Source: Planctomycetota bacterium (GTDB taxonomy: Bacteria; Planctomycetota; UBA1135; GCA-002748355). Taken from it: 64,000 nucleotides of DNA. Below are positions 52,499 to 61,424 of this stretch, piece by piece. The notes below the pieces were generated by a model. That model saw only the letters and a list, made by a program, of their open reading frames with translations, made no database searches and was not told the origin of the DNA. Location of the stretch: positions 3,237 through 67,236 of the forward strand of contig DROQ01000081.1 in assembly GCA_011321845.1 (NCBI GenBank), given 5' to 3'. Made by a program: the position numbers and the translations under genes. Each line of letters opens with the position of its first letter. Positions within the stretch are counted from its first letter, which is position 1.

Positions 52499-54973
52499 AT
52501 GGTTCTACCCCTGGGTCTGGGGGGAGAGAACTGCTCCCAAGCTCCTGTTCCCCAAGGGCCTAGAGCGCCGGGCGTGGACTTGGAGCCCGGCTCGACTTCG
52601 GTCCTGGTGGACTCCTGGCCGGAACGCTTCGGCTCCCTCGAAGACGGGCTCGCCTCCCTGGCCGCCAAGATCCCCGAGGGTGGGGAGCTGGTGCTCGACC
52701 TCCTCAACCTCCAGTCGCCTTCGATGCAGCGGCGCTCCTTCGAGGGGCGGACCTCCTCCTTCGATCCTGTTCCCGGGTTGGTGGACACCGAGATTCCCTT
52801 CGAGTGTGCGCGGGTCGTAGGCTCGCTTCAGCGGGCTGGTTTCATCCCCCGCGATTGCATCCAGGTCCCCTTCTTCGGCCACAAGCATCCGATCAAGTCC
52901 ATCCAAGCATTGCTGGAATGCGGGTTCTCGTCCACGCGCTCCTTCTACGCGATCCCCGCCGAGCGCCTCTGGTTCCGCTGCGAGCGCGGAGCCCCAAGGG
53001 TCGGTTCCGTCCTGATCGCCCAAGGCAAGGACCAAGCGGCGGTGGAGCGCACCCTCGCCCGACTCGAAACCTTCCTCCCAGGTTCCTGGGAAATCCTGGT
53101 CGGACCGGAGACCTCCACCGAAGCCGAATCCTGGAACCGGGCTGTGACCGAGGCCAAGGGTGAAATCCTCTGGCTGCTCCGTGGGGGAGACCTACCGGAT
53201 CCGGGGATCTTCGACCTTCTCCGGGCGAGTCTGGGGTCGAGACCCCTCCTTGCCCAGGATCCCGACGGCAGTCTGCGGCATGGCCTCGCAGGCTTGATGC
53301 TCTCCCGGGAGGCCTGCTTTACGGTCGGACCCTTTCCCCAGGAGCTTCAAACCGACCAGGTCGCGGGCGAGGAATGGCTCCTGCGGGCCTCGGCAGCCGG
53401 GAGAGAAGTCGAACAGCTTCCAGCGCCCAATCCCTGGCAAGGCCCAGGCGTTCCTGTCCCCGCACCTCTGGTATTGGAAGAGGAGGCCGCCGCCTTCTTC
53501 GAGCGCTGGGAGGGAGTGGAGACCCTCCAACTTCCGGGTCAAAACCTCGCCGCTCTCGTTCCCACGCCCCCCTGGGTCGAAGAAGCCCGTCCTCCTCGCA
53601 TCTCCCTCTGCATGATCACCCGAAACGAGGAGCGTTTCCTGGGGAACTGCCTGGCTCGGGTTCGTGGAGTCGTGGACGAAATCGTCCTGGTCGACACAGG
53701 TTCCACCGACCGGACTGTTGAGATTGCCAAGAGCTTTGGGGCCAAGGTCCTTCACATGCCCTGGGAGGAGGACTTCGCCACTCCCCGCAACCTCGGCCTG
53801 AGCCACGCGGAAGGAGACTGGATCCTCGTCCTCGACGCCGACGAGCTGGTGGAGGAGGACAGCGTCCCCCTCATTCGCGAGATGGCCCTGAACGAGCGAG
53901 CGAGTGGCTACCACATCCACTTTGTCAACGACTACGAAAAGGGCCGGACGCATGGGCTGACCATGGTCCGGATGTTCCGCAAACTCGAAGGGATCCACTA
54001 CCAATACCGGATCCACGAACAAGTGATCCCCTCTCTGATGAAGGCCGCCGAACCCCTCCACCTGGGTCTCCACCCTTGCGAGGTCAAGGTGATCCACTAC
54101 GGGTACTCGGCTCAGGTCGTCAAGGACCGCTCCAAGATGGAGCGTAATGCCCGCATCTTCCGTGAAGAGCTGGAGAAGAACCCCAATGACTCCTACATCC
54201 TCTACAAGTACGGGGATTCTCTTCGGCAAGGCGGCCATCCGAGCGACGAGATCATCCCCGTCTTCGAGCGGGCGATGAAGCGAATGCTTGCCCATCCCCC
54301 CCAGAGCTGGGTTCAGATGCCCTACGCCGCGGAGACGGCGGCTCTCTTGGGCCTGGAATACGCCAAAGTGGAACGCTACCAGGAGGCCGACCGTGTGCTC
54401 CGCACCGCGTTGGGTCGATTTATTCCGACTCCCAACCTCTTCTACCTGGGGGCAAGCCTCGCCACCCATTTCGAGCGCTGGGACGAGGGGTTGGAGATGT
54501 ACCAACGCCTTCTCGACTATCGAGGCAAGGTCCTGGTGGTCCCCATCCAGGAGGGCATCGACAGCTGGATCGCCTACGCCGGAATGGCCGCATGCTGGAT
54601 GGGCAAGGGTGATCTGGGTCGCGCCGAAGAACTCCTCGAGCGCGCCCGCATCGCCAAGCCGGACTGGGAGGTCAGCTACCTTCTCTCCTCAGGCCTCAAG
54701 CTTCGCCAGTCCGATCCCGAGGGGGCGCTGGCCGTCCTCATCGAGTACCTGGAGAGCCACGGGGAGTCTTCTCCCATTCGTTTCCAGGGAGGGCTCCTCC
54801 TCGAACGAATGGGGCTTGAGGAACAAGCGACCCAATGGTTGCAAAAGGCGAAGCAGGGCAAGGGAGTCGATCCCGCCCTCGTCGCGGAGACTCTCTCTCG
54901 GATCCAAGGCGAGGGATCCCAGTCAGAACAAAGCAAGGAATTCTCTTTTTCCCGGACGACAGTCCAAACTTAG
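52499..54973 (+). CDS. Multi-module glycosyltransferase: N-terminal methyltransferase-like and degenerate GT-like regions + GT2 catalytic domain + TPR repeats
   Basis: The GT2 core has ISLCMITRNEERFLGNCL, LVDTGSTDRT and VLDADE. A C-terminal ~350 aa is TPR-like. The start is uncertain: I chose ATG 52499 to avoid overlap with birA, while the track ORF begins at 52094. Confidence 0.7.
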   Translation: MVLPLGLGGENCSQAPVPQGPRAPGVDLEPGSTSVLVDSWPERFGSLEDGLASLAAKIPEGGELVLDLLNLQSPSMQRRSFEGRTSSFDPVPGLVDTEIPFECARVVGSLQRAGFIPRDCIQVPFFGHKHPIKSIQALLECGFSSTRSFYAIPAERLWFRCERGAPRVGSVLIAQGKDQAAVERTLARLETFLPGSWEILVGPETSTEAESWNRAVTEAKGEILWLLRGGDLPDPGIFDLLRASLGSRPLLAQDPDGSLRHGLAGLMLSREACFTVGPFPQELQTDQVAGEEWLLRASAAGREVEQLPAPNPWQGPGVPVPAPLVLEEEAAAFFERWEGVETLQLPGQNLAALVPTPPWVEEARPPRISLCMITRNEERFLGNCLARVRGVVDEIVLVDTGSTDRTVEIAKSFGAKVLHMPWEEDFATPRNLGLSHAEGDWILVLDADELVEEDSVPLIREMALNERASGYHIHFVNDYEKGRTHGLTMVRMFRKLEGIHYQYRIHEQVIPSLMKAAEPLHLGLHPCEVKVIHYGYSAQVVKDRSKMERNARIFREELEKNPNDSYILYKYGDSLRQGGHPSDEIIPVFERAMKRMLAHPPQSWVQMPYAAETAALLGLEYAKVERYQEADRVLRTALGRFIPTPNLFYLGASLATHFERWDEGLEMYQRLLDYRGKVLVVPIQEGIDSWIAYAGMAACWMGKGDLGRAEELLERARIAKPDWEVSYLLSSGLKLRQSDPEGALAVLIEYLESHGESSPIRFQGGLLLERMGLEEQATQWLQKAKQGKGVDPALVAETLSRIQGEGSQSEQSKEFSFSRTTVQT

Positions 54974-54989
54974 CAAACCGAGGTAAATC

Positions 54990-55616
54990 ATGACCACGAC
55001 CAAACTCTTTCCTGGTGCAGGCATTCAACGGGTACCCGAAGTGGGGCCCAACAAGATTCCTACGCGGATTGGAGAGCAGACGATGAACTCCGACACGCAA
55101 ACCAACCAAGGACAGGTCCAGGCAGATCCCCAGGAGGTATTGAGGAGGCTCGTCGTCCTCGGCGCAGGACTCGCTTCCATCCATCGCCTGGCGAGCGAAG
55201 CCTATGCCTCCATCAATGACTACGAGTCTGCCCTGGCCCATCAAGAGGCGGCAGTCCGTTTCGAACCCCAGGAGCTGGAGTATCGGAATCAGCTCGGATT
55301 CCTTCGGTATGTCTGCGGAGATGACGGTGCGGCGGAGGACTTCCAGTATGTCATCGAGAACGACCCCGAGAACGCGGAGGCCTACTTCAATCTCGCCATG
55401 ATCTACTTCGGTCAGGGGCGTTACTATGATGCGGAACAGCTCTTCATGAAGGCTGCCGAGAACAATCCCCAGGACGCCGAAACCTGGAACAATTTGGGGG
55501 TGGCCAGGTTCCACCAGGGACGCCTCGCGGACGCCCGCGCCAGTTTCGAAGAAGCCCTCCGGGTGGATCCCAACAACCAGGACTCCATCCAGAACCTGCA
55601 GGACCTGCAGGGCTGA
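54990..55616 (+). CDS. TPR repeat protein
   Basis: An SD-like GAGGT lies 6 nt upstream of the ATG. There are 3-4 TPR units (AEAYFNLAMIYFGQGRYYDAEQLFMKAAENNPQDAETWNNLGVARFHQGRLADARASFEEALRVDPNN). Confidence 0.75.
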   Translation: MTTTKLFPGAGIQRVPEVGPNKIPTRIGEQTMNSDTQTNQGQVQADPQEVLRRLVVLGAGLASIHRLASEAYASINDYESALAHQEAAVRFEPQELEYRNQLGFLRYVCGDDGAAEDFQYVIENDPENAEAYFNLAMIYFGQGRYYDAEQLFMKAAENNPQDAETWNNLGVARFHQGRLADARASFEEALRVDPNNQDSIQNLQDLQG

Positions 55617-55673
55617 ATCACCGCCGCGCCCTTCTCACGCATCCACCGAGGGAGGGTGGCGATGGTCCGGGAT

Positions 55674-55706
55674 AAAAAAAGCCAGGGAGGCCTCTGCCCC
55701 CCTGGC
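55674..55706 (-). terminator. Rho-independent terminator of the Cys-rich protein gene
   Basis: On the minus strand: GCCAGGG-(12 nt)-CCCTGGC followed by T7 (A7 at 55674-55680 on the plus strand). It lies 23 nt after the stop at 55729. Confidence 0.7.
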
Positions 55707-55728
55707 TGCTACACGTTCCCCGTGTGCT

Positions 55729-57042
55729 CTAGTTGGTGATCTTGAACTCGACTGCGTTGGAGATCCCGCCGAAGCCGCTCCCGCTCGCGTTCTTGCAGTA
55801 AACGAGCCACTGAGCGCAGAGCGGTTTGCCGCAGATGGCACTCGCGATGGAGGGAGAGGACGGGAGAGGAACGGGGATGGCGGCGTTTCCGGTGCATCCG
55901 CCGGAGCCTCCCATGAAGGTCGCGCTCACGAAGATGGTCGGCCCATTGAGCGCGTAGAACCGTCCGCAGAGGAAGGGGAGGCCCACAGTGTGGCAAGGAC
56001 CCCCTCGCAGGATCACGATGCCGATGCCGCCGCTGGGAGCATTGTTGAGAGTGAGCTTGAAGTTCTGGTTCCCCAGGACCGGATCGCCGCCTGCCCAGGA
56101 GGCGAACATGTTGTTGCAGGTCGGGCAAGGCTTTTGCGAGCAGGACTTGCCTTTGACCCCAGGTTTGAAGCCGGGGATGACGGCCAGACCGCGGTATTTC
56201 GAGGGGATTTGCTTTTTGCAGCACTTTCCGATCTTGATTTTGCAGGGGTTCTGGCTGGAGACGAAGTGCATCTGGGTGACTTGTCCATCCGTCGCGTAAA
56301 GTTCCCGCTTGCAGTTGTCATAGGCCAACCCGGTTACCAGCTTCTGGGAGCAGGTCATGATCCTGGCCTTGCAGATCGGCTTGCAGGGGGAGGAGGCTGG
56401 TGAAACAAAGACCATGTGGTTGTAACCACCGACCGCATTGATGTAGGAGATGGAAATGAACAGCCGGTCGTTCGGTTCGTCGTAGGCAATCCCGGCTGCC
56501 AAGGGGCGACCGATTCCTCCCGTTGTTGGGAATTTATAGGCGCATCTTGCAATCGCCCTGGGGCACTTGCGAAGGTCATAGGTGACCACTTCGAAGTAGT
56601 AGTACGTGGTCGAGAGTTGGAAGAGTCTGGGTTTCTTCTGGGCGATGGCCAAACCGCTCACGTAGGCGTTTTTATTCAATTGAATCGCTTTGAAGGGTTT
56701 GCATCGAGGTTTGCAACCCCTCACGGCGTACTCCGCGAGGAGTTTCCCATCACTGACCCAGACGGTCCGATAGCGGGCGTCGTAGGCCGTCCCCCCCGAG
56801 TATGCGTTGTAGGCTTGGGGACGGAGCGGGAGGTTTCCTGGGTATTTGCAAACGGTTATGGCCTTCTGGCAATTGTTGTCGACATCCTGGATGTCCAGAT
56901 AGCTGGCATTGTTGGGGGCGGGGAGATCCGACCAACCCACGACTCTCTTGCTTGGGAAGAGAGGAAATTGAGCCATTGCCGCCGATGTCAGAAGAAGGGC
57001 GCAGGCAGCCTTTCCGGCGAGGTGACTTGAGAGGTAACGCAT
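55729..57042 (-). CDS. Secreted cysteine-rich protein with YWTD/NHL-like propeller repeats and a C-terminal beta-rich module
   Basis: Start at ATG 57042 with GGAG 8 nt upstream. Signal peptide ...LLLTSAAMAQ. At least four blade-like units (GTAYDARYRTVWVSDG, GLAIAQKKPRLFQL, GIAYDEPNDRLFISI, GLAYDNCKRELYATDG), each followed by a CxnC pair. I count about 22 Cys in the mature ~410 aa. Confidence 0.7.
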   Translation of the reverse strand: MRYLSSHLAGKAACALLLTSAAMAQFPLFPSKRVVGWSDLPAPNNASYLDIQDVDNNCQKAITVCKYPGNLPLRPQAYNAYSGGTAYDARYRTVWVSDGKLLAEYAVRGCKPRCKPFKAIQLNKNAYVSGLAIAQKKPRLFQLSTTYYYFEVVTYDLRKCPRAIARCAYKFPTTGGIGRPLAAGIAYDEPNDRLFISISYINAVGGYNHMVFVSPASSPCKPICKARIMTCSQKLVTGLAYDNCKRELYATDGQVTQMHFVSSQNPCKIKIGKCCKKQIPSKYRGLAVIPGFKPGVKGKSCSQKPCPTCNNMFASWAGGDPVLGNQNFKLTLNNAPSGGIGIVILRGGPCHTVGLPFLCGRFYALNGPTIFVSATFMGGSGGCTGNAAIPVPLPSSPSIASAICGKPLCAQWLVYCKNASGSGFGGISNAVEFKITN

Positions 57043-57315
57043 TTTTTCTCCTTTTGAGGGTTCCCTTTTGCTGTAGCCCGAGCCCGAACCCAAGGGGAGA
57101 GAGTCCTCTCCTTGGGAAAGCGGTCTGGAGCGAGGCAGAGAAAGGGAAAACAACGGATAGGAAACAAAGAGATGCAAAACCCCGAAGCGCCTTGGGTGGA
57201 ACGACTGCCCCAAGGACCGCACCGGAGCCTTGCCCGGCGGTGGTGACCCAGGCATTTTTGAGGGAAACTAGAGGAAGGTCACCACAACTGGGATCTTTGA
57301 CGCGGTGATGCCTCG

Positions 57316-58695
57316 CTAGGGTTCCCTTTTTTTTGGTTCTTGCGGGAAACTCAGGCGGTGGAGGGAATATGCATGCCAGCGCGGCTTGTTTCCATTCTGG
57401 ATCCTGGCCTCCAGTTCCTTGAGCCGGACTCCTACCTTCCCCACATTCTTTTCGAGCGCTTTGAGCCGTTCTTGGATCGCACGATGGTCCGGGCTGTTCG
57501 ATTGGCCTTTTTGTTTGGATCGGGCGAGCATTCGTCGGGCTTCCCAGATGTCACGGATCCCCGTCCGTACTAGCCCTCCCCGCTCCGCGTTCCAGGCGAC
57601 GCACTGCTCGGCTTGGATCCAATCGGGATGGTCTGTTTCGAGGGCGAGGTCTACTCCCTTGGCCCATTCTTTGGCTGTTGCGGTCAAAAGAGCCATCCCA
57701 TCCACGCGCAATTCATAGTCTCCCGGTGGAAGATCCTTGGCCTGAAGGAGAAAACGATTGAAGAGCAGGTAGCCGGCTTCCAAGACCGCTGCCCCTCTGG
57801 CCTCCTCCGGAAGAACCCAGGGAAGCGCGTCCGCCCGGAGCTGGAATTGGAAACCGTCCGAAGTGCGGACCAGGCCTCGAAGTCTCCCTCCCTCGATTTC
57901 GGGACGGTTTCCTTGGATGCCCACGCTCAGGCGGGGTTTTTGTTCACCAAGGGATTTGAGAATCGTGATGGCGATGAGGGCGCTCCCGACATTGCCAGGG
58001 TGGATTCCATCCGGGGAGAGGCTTTCCGCTGGGTTCCTGAACTTGAGGCGTTTCTGGTATTGCAGGAGCGGGTTGTGCAAATCCACGAAGGGAATCTTTC
58101 TCTTCGCGGCTTCGGTCTGCAGCCAGGAGCCGAAGCGCTTCAATACGAGGTTGTACCCCCTGAGGGTCTCTTCCACGGGGGGCGGGGATCCGAACCGCAA
58201 GAACACATGAGGATCCACCGGAGGGGGTGAGAGGAGGATCGCCTGTGCTCCCAGGCCCCGGATTCCTCCTAGGATTCCCCGGATGTTCCTCTGGAATTCG
58301 GGGAGAGCCTTGATTCCATCCCTGGAGAAGGCGCCGTCGTTCATCCCAAGGCAGACGAAGACCTTGGTGGGTTTCCAGGGTGCCACGTCCAGGTCCAAGC
58401 GGGCGAGGGCGTCCGCGCTGCGATCCCCATTGACGCCGCAATTGACGAACAACTGTTTGCGGAGGGGGTAGCGTGAAAAGAAGAAGTCCTCGACAAAGCG
58501 GCTGTAGAGGCCTTGGTGGGTGATGCTGTCCCCCAACCAGACGATCCTGGAAGTAGGCGGGAAGGATCCCTGCTTTTGCCCGTCCAGGGGGGACGCAACC
58601 ATGAGGGCTCCCCATCCCAGGAGTAAGGCGAGGAGCCGGGGCGATGGTCTTCGGCGCGCGTTTTCCCTGGGGCCGGAGTGCACCGGGAGTCCCAT
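57316..58695 (-). CDS. Secreted SGNH/GDSL-family hydrolase with C-terminal extension
   Basis: Start at ATG 58695 (MGLPVH..., signal-like LLALLLGWGALMVASP). Block I WLGDSITHQG, block II NCGVNGDRS, block III CLGMNDG. Confidence 0.75.
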   Translation of the reverse strand: MGLPVHSGPRENARRRPSPRLLALLLGWGALMVASPLDGQKQGSFPPTSRIVWLGDSITHQGLYSRFVEDFFFSRYPLRKQLFVNCGVNGDRSADALARLDLDVAPWKPTKVFVCLGMNDGAFSRDGIKALPEFQRNIRGILGGIRGLGAQAILLSPPPVDPHVFLRFGSPPPVEETLRGYNLVLKRFGSWLQTEAAKRKIPFVDLHNPLLQYQKRLKFRNPAESLSPDGIHPGNVGSALIAITILKSLGEQKPRLSVGIQGNRPEIEGGRLRGLVRTSDGFQFQLRADALPWVLPEEARGAAVLEAGYLLFNRFLLQAKDLPPGDYELRVDGMALLTATAKEWAKGVDLALETDHPDWIQAEQCVAWNAERGGLVRTGIRDIWEARRMLARSKQKGQSNSPDHRAIQERLKALEKNVGKVGVRLKELEARIQNGNKPRWHAYSLHRLSFPQEPKKREP

Positions 58696-58774
58696 GGGGA
58701 AAAACCTTGAAATGTGCGGAGAGCTTCCCGAGAAGCTCTTCTTCGACCCAGGAAAGGACGGGTAGACTGTAGCG

Positions 58775-61210
58775 ATGCTTTTCCTCCCTCTTTGTTTCGC
58801 TTTTGGAAGTCTCGTTCTCCAGCAGCCTAGCCAGGCTGGTCTTCCAAAGAAGGGCGATCCTGGTTTCAAGAGGCAAAAAACACTCGGACGAGTCCTCGAT
58901 AAGGAGGGAAAACCTTGGGCCGGAGTCCGGGTGCAGTTGCGGTCCTATCCTGTCTTCGACCAACCTTTTCTGGGAAAAACCGATCGTATCGAGGTGGTTT
59001 CGGACGCCAGGGGCCGCTTCCGGGCTTCTCTGATCCCCGGACGACGGTATTTGGCCTGGGGGATCGGAGGCAAAGGCAAGAATGGGCTCCGAACGGCCTC
59101 CCTCTTGGACATGGTTTTTGCCCGTGGGCACCTCCAGTTGAAAGAGGGGGATTGGGAGGCTCGCTCCTACCAATTCCAATTGGGTGGACGCGAGCGCTGG
59201 AAGGGAGATCTCCTCGTCTTGGGAAACTTGCAGGGGCAGGACTCTCTCGCTCGCATCCTCACCCCCGATGAGAGGGGGGTCTACGAGACCCCGCTTTGGC
59301 CTGGAAAGGTCCTGGTTCGGGTCTTTACCAAGGCAGGCTTGAAAGTGGGGCAATGGTCCTTTCCGCTCGATGAAAGGGAGAAAGGGAGCGCATCCAAGGG
59401 GACTGCCCCGACGGGCTTGGTCCGAAATGTCCAGGTCCTGAAGATCATTCAAAGGGCCAAGGCTCTCAAGAAAGGAAAAGGCAACGAGCCCAAGCCCAAA
59501 GAACCTGAAAAGCCCAAAAAAACATCCAAGAAGAGTTCCAAGAAGCAGGACCAGAACAAGGGAGCCGCGAAAAAACAGGATTCGAAAAAGAATGCTTCGA
59601 CAGGAAGCTCTCCAAGGAATTTCCCGGCAGAGGCCCCGGTGAGAGCGGTACAGAAGCATCCGGCGCCAAAAGATCTGACCCCGAAAAGCCCGGCGCTGAA
59701 AAGCCCCGTGCCGAAAAGCCCGGTGCCGAAAGAAGGGAGGTTGAAACCGGAGGGGGGCGGCAAGAAGCCTGGCAAGGAGAGTGAGGAGAACGGGGAAGAA
59801 AAAGCCGAGGCTGCCCCTCCGGTTCCCGGAATCCCGGTCCTGGAATTGTATTGGCACGCCCTCATCAAGCTCAAGGTTCGCAAGCGGGAGGATGGAAAGC
59901 AGTCGTACTCGGCCGCCCCCAAGGTTCGCTTGCGGGTCCTGCCCCCCGACAAGACCCTTGGCCTCTTTGACTGGATCCATGTTCCTCCGCTTACGGTGAC
60001 CGATGAAGAAGGAATGGGATTGTTGGACATGGCTGTCCCGCCTGGAAAGAACGGTCAGGTGAGCCAATCATGGAGAATGATCGCGGAAAGCGAGGGCTAT
60101 TGCTGGGTGTTCCCCAGTCTCTACCGAAAGCTGGAATACCCCAAGGATTCCAAGGATAAAACGATCAAGGACAAGTCTCCTCCTCTCACCATGAACCTCT
60201 TCTCGAGGAAGAGTTTCTCTCTCAAGGGGCGCCTCCTGGGCCGCGAAGGAAAGCCCATCGCCCATCGCCCCCTTCTCCTCTACACCTCCCGGCCTAGTTC
60301 TGCCAATGGCTGGAGCCATGGGAGAGATCCTCTTTTTGTTGGGACCACGGGAGCGAACGGGAGTTTCGAGCTGAACAACTTGGACCCCAGGTCCACCCAG
60401 GTTGTGACCGTCCTGCTCAGTGAAGAGGAGCGGGCGTCCCTGGGCGGAGGTTCTCCCTGGATGGACGCCCGGGCCGTGATTTTTTTTCGGCAGGACGGCC
60501 GAAAAAAGGTGGATGAGGTGGACCTCGAGGACTTCTCCTTGAAGGATCTGCATCGCCTGGAATTGAAAGTGGCCTTTTTGGACAACTCTCCCGCACCCTT
60601 CTCCCGCGTGCTGATTGCCGAGACCCAGATGCACCCCAATGGTTTGATCGGAATCTACTATCCCCTCCAGGGATTCACGGATCGGAGGGGCCGCTTCGCC
60701 ATGCTTCTCCCCGATTGCGAAGCGACCATCGGAGTCATCGGGCAGATGCGCCGCATGGCTTCACAGAGGTTGGTCCTCAAGGGGAAGAAGGGCGGGAAGA
60801 GAGAACTTCTCTTCACCCTGGGCCAGGGGAAGCTCCTCCGGGGAGTGGTCGTCGACAGTGATGGGAAACCCTTTTCAGGGGCCAGCATCTATGTGAATCT
60901 CTACAACACGGGAAGGAACCAGTCCGGGTGGATTTTCTCGACCTTCCGGCAGAACAACAGCACAAAGGCTGACGAAAAGGGCCGGTTCCAAGTGAGAGCC
61001 CCAGTGGGGAGCCGGATTTATCTTTCCGCCCGGTACAAGGTGGGGCCACGTTGGTTCTATTCACGCGGCGTTCAGATCCAAGTGGAGGAGGACATCGACC
61101 CGGATCCCCTGGAACTGCAGATTCCCACCGAAGCGCCCAAACCTCCAAAAAAGCCCAAGTCCCCTAAGAAGAAGGAGAAACCGGCTCCCTCCCGGGAAAA
61201 GGGAAGGTAG
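58775..61210 (+). CDS. Secreted CarboxypepD_reg-repeat protein with internal and C-terminal Lys/Pro/Ser-rich regions
   Basis: Signal peptide MLFLPLCFAFGSLVLQQPSQAG. Units GRVLDKEGKPWAGVRVQL...DARGRFRA, GRLLGREGKPIAHRPLLLY...GANGSFEL and GVVVDSDGKPFSGASIYV...DEKGRFQV. A ~120 aa K-rich insert and a tail APKPPKKPKSPKKKEKP. Confidence 0.6.
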   Translation: MLFLPLCFAFGSLVLQQPSQAGLPKKGDPGFKRQKTLGRVLDKEGKPWAGVRVQLRSYPVFDQPFLGKTDRIEVVSDARGRFRASLIPGRRYLAWGIGGKGKNGLRTASLLDMVFARGHLQLKEGDWEARSYQFQLGGRERWKGDLLVLGNLQGQDSLARILTPDERGVYETPLWPGKVLVRVFTKAGLKVGQWSFPLDEREKGSASKGTAPTGLVRNVQVLKIIQRAKALKKGKGNEPKPKEPEKPKKTSKKSSKKQDQNKGAAKKQDSKKNASTGSSPRNFPAEAPVRAVQKHPAPKDLTPKSPALKSPVPKSPVPKEGRLKPEGGGKKPGKESEENGEEKAEAAPPVPGIPVLELYWHALIKLKVRKREDGKQSYSAAPKVRLRVLPPDKTLGLFDWIHVPPLTVTDEEGMGLLDMAVPPGKNGQVSQSWRMIAESEGYCWVFPSLYRKLEYPKDSKDKTIKDKSPPLTMNLFSRKSFSLKGRLLGREGKPIAHRPLLLYTSRPSSANGWSHGRDPLFVGTTGANGSFELNNLDPRSTQVVTVLLSEEERASLGGGSPWMDARAVIFFRQDGRKKVDEVDLEDFSLKDLHRLELKVAFLDNSPAPFSRVLIAETQMHPNGLIGIYYPLQGFTDRRGRFAMLLPDCEATIGVIGQMRRMASQRLVLKGKKGGKRELLFTLGQGKLLRGVVVDSDGKPFSGASIYVNLYNTGRNQSGWIFSTFRQNNSTKADEKGRFQVRAPVGSRIYLSARYKVGPRWFYSRGVQIQVEEDIDPDPLELQIPTEAPKPPKKPKSPKKKEKPAPSREKGR

Positions 61211-61424
61211 GAAGGCGGAACACGGAGGGGACAGGTCGATTCCGCATCCCAGTTGGCACAATTTCTCCGTGTTTGCACAGATTTTCCGCAAAATTTTCAG
61301 TTTCCCGTCAAGCCCGCCACATCCTTCCCTCGAAAACAAGGGGGAGAACTCTCAAGGGCAGGATCCATGGATGCAGCCCAACGTTCTTTCTCCGCTGTGT
61401 AACAACAACTGGGATATTGCCTTC

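Noticed and set aside
61254-61277. Sigma-54-like promoter elements TGGCAC ... TTGCA upstream of the pseudopilin gene.
   Set aside because: The two elements are separated by 13 nt, whereas the -24/-12 architecture needs about 5 nt. This is most likely a chance occurrence.
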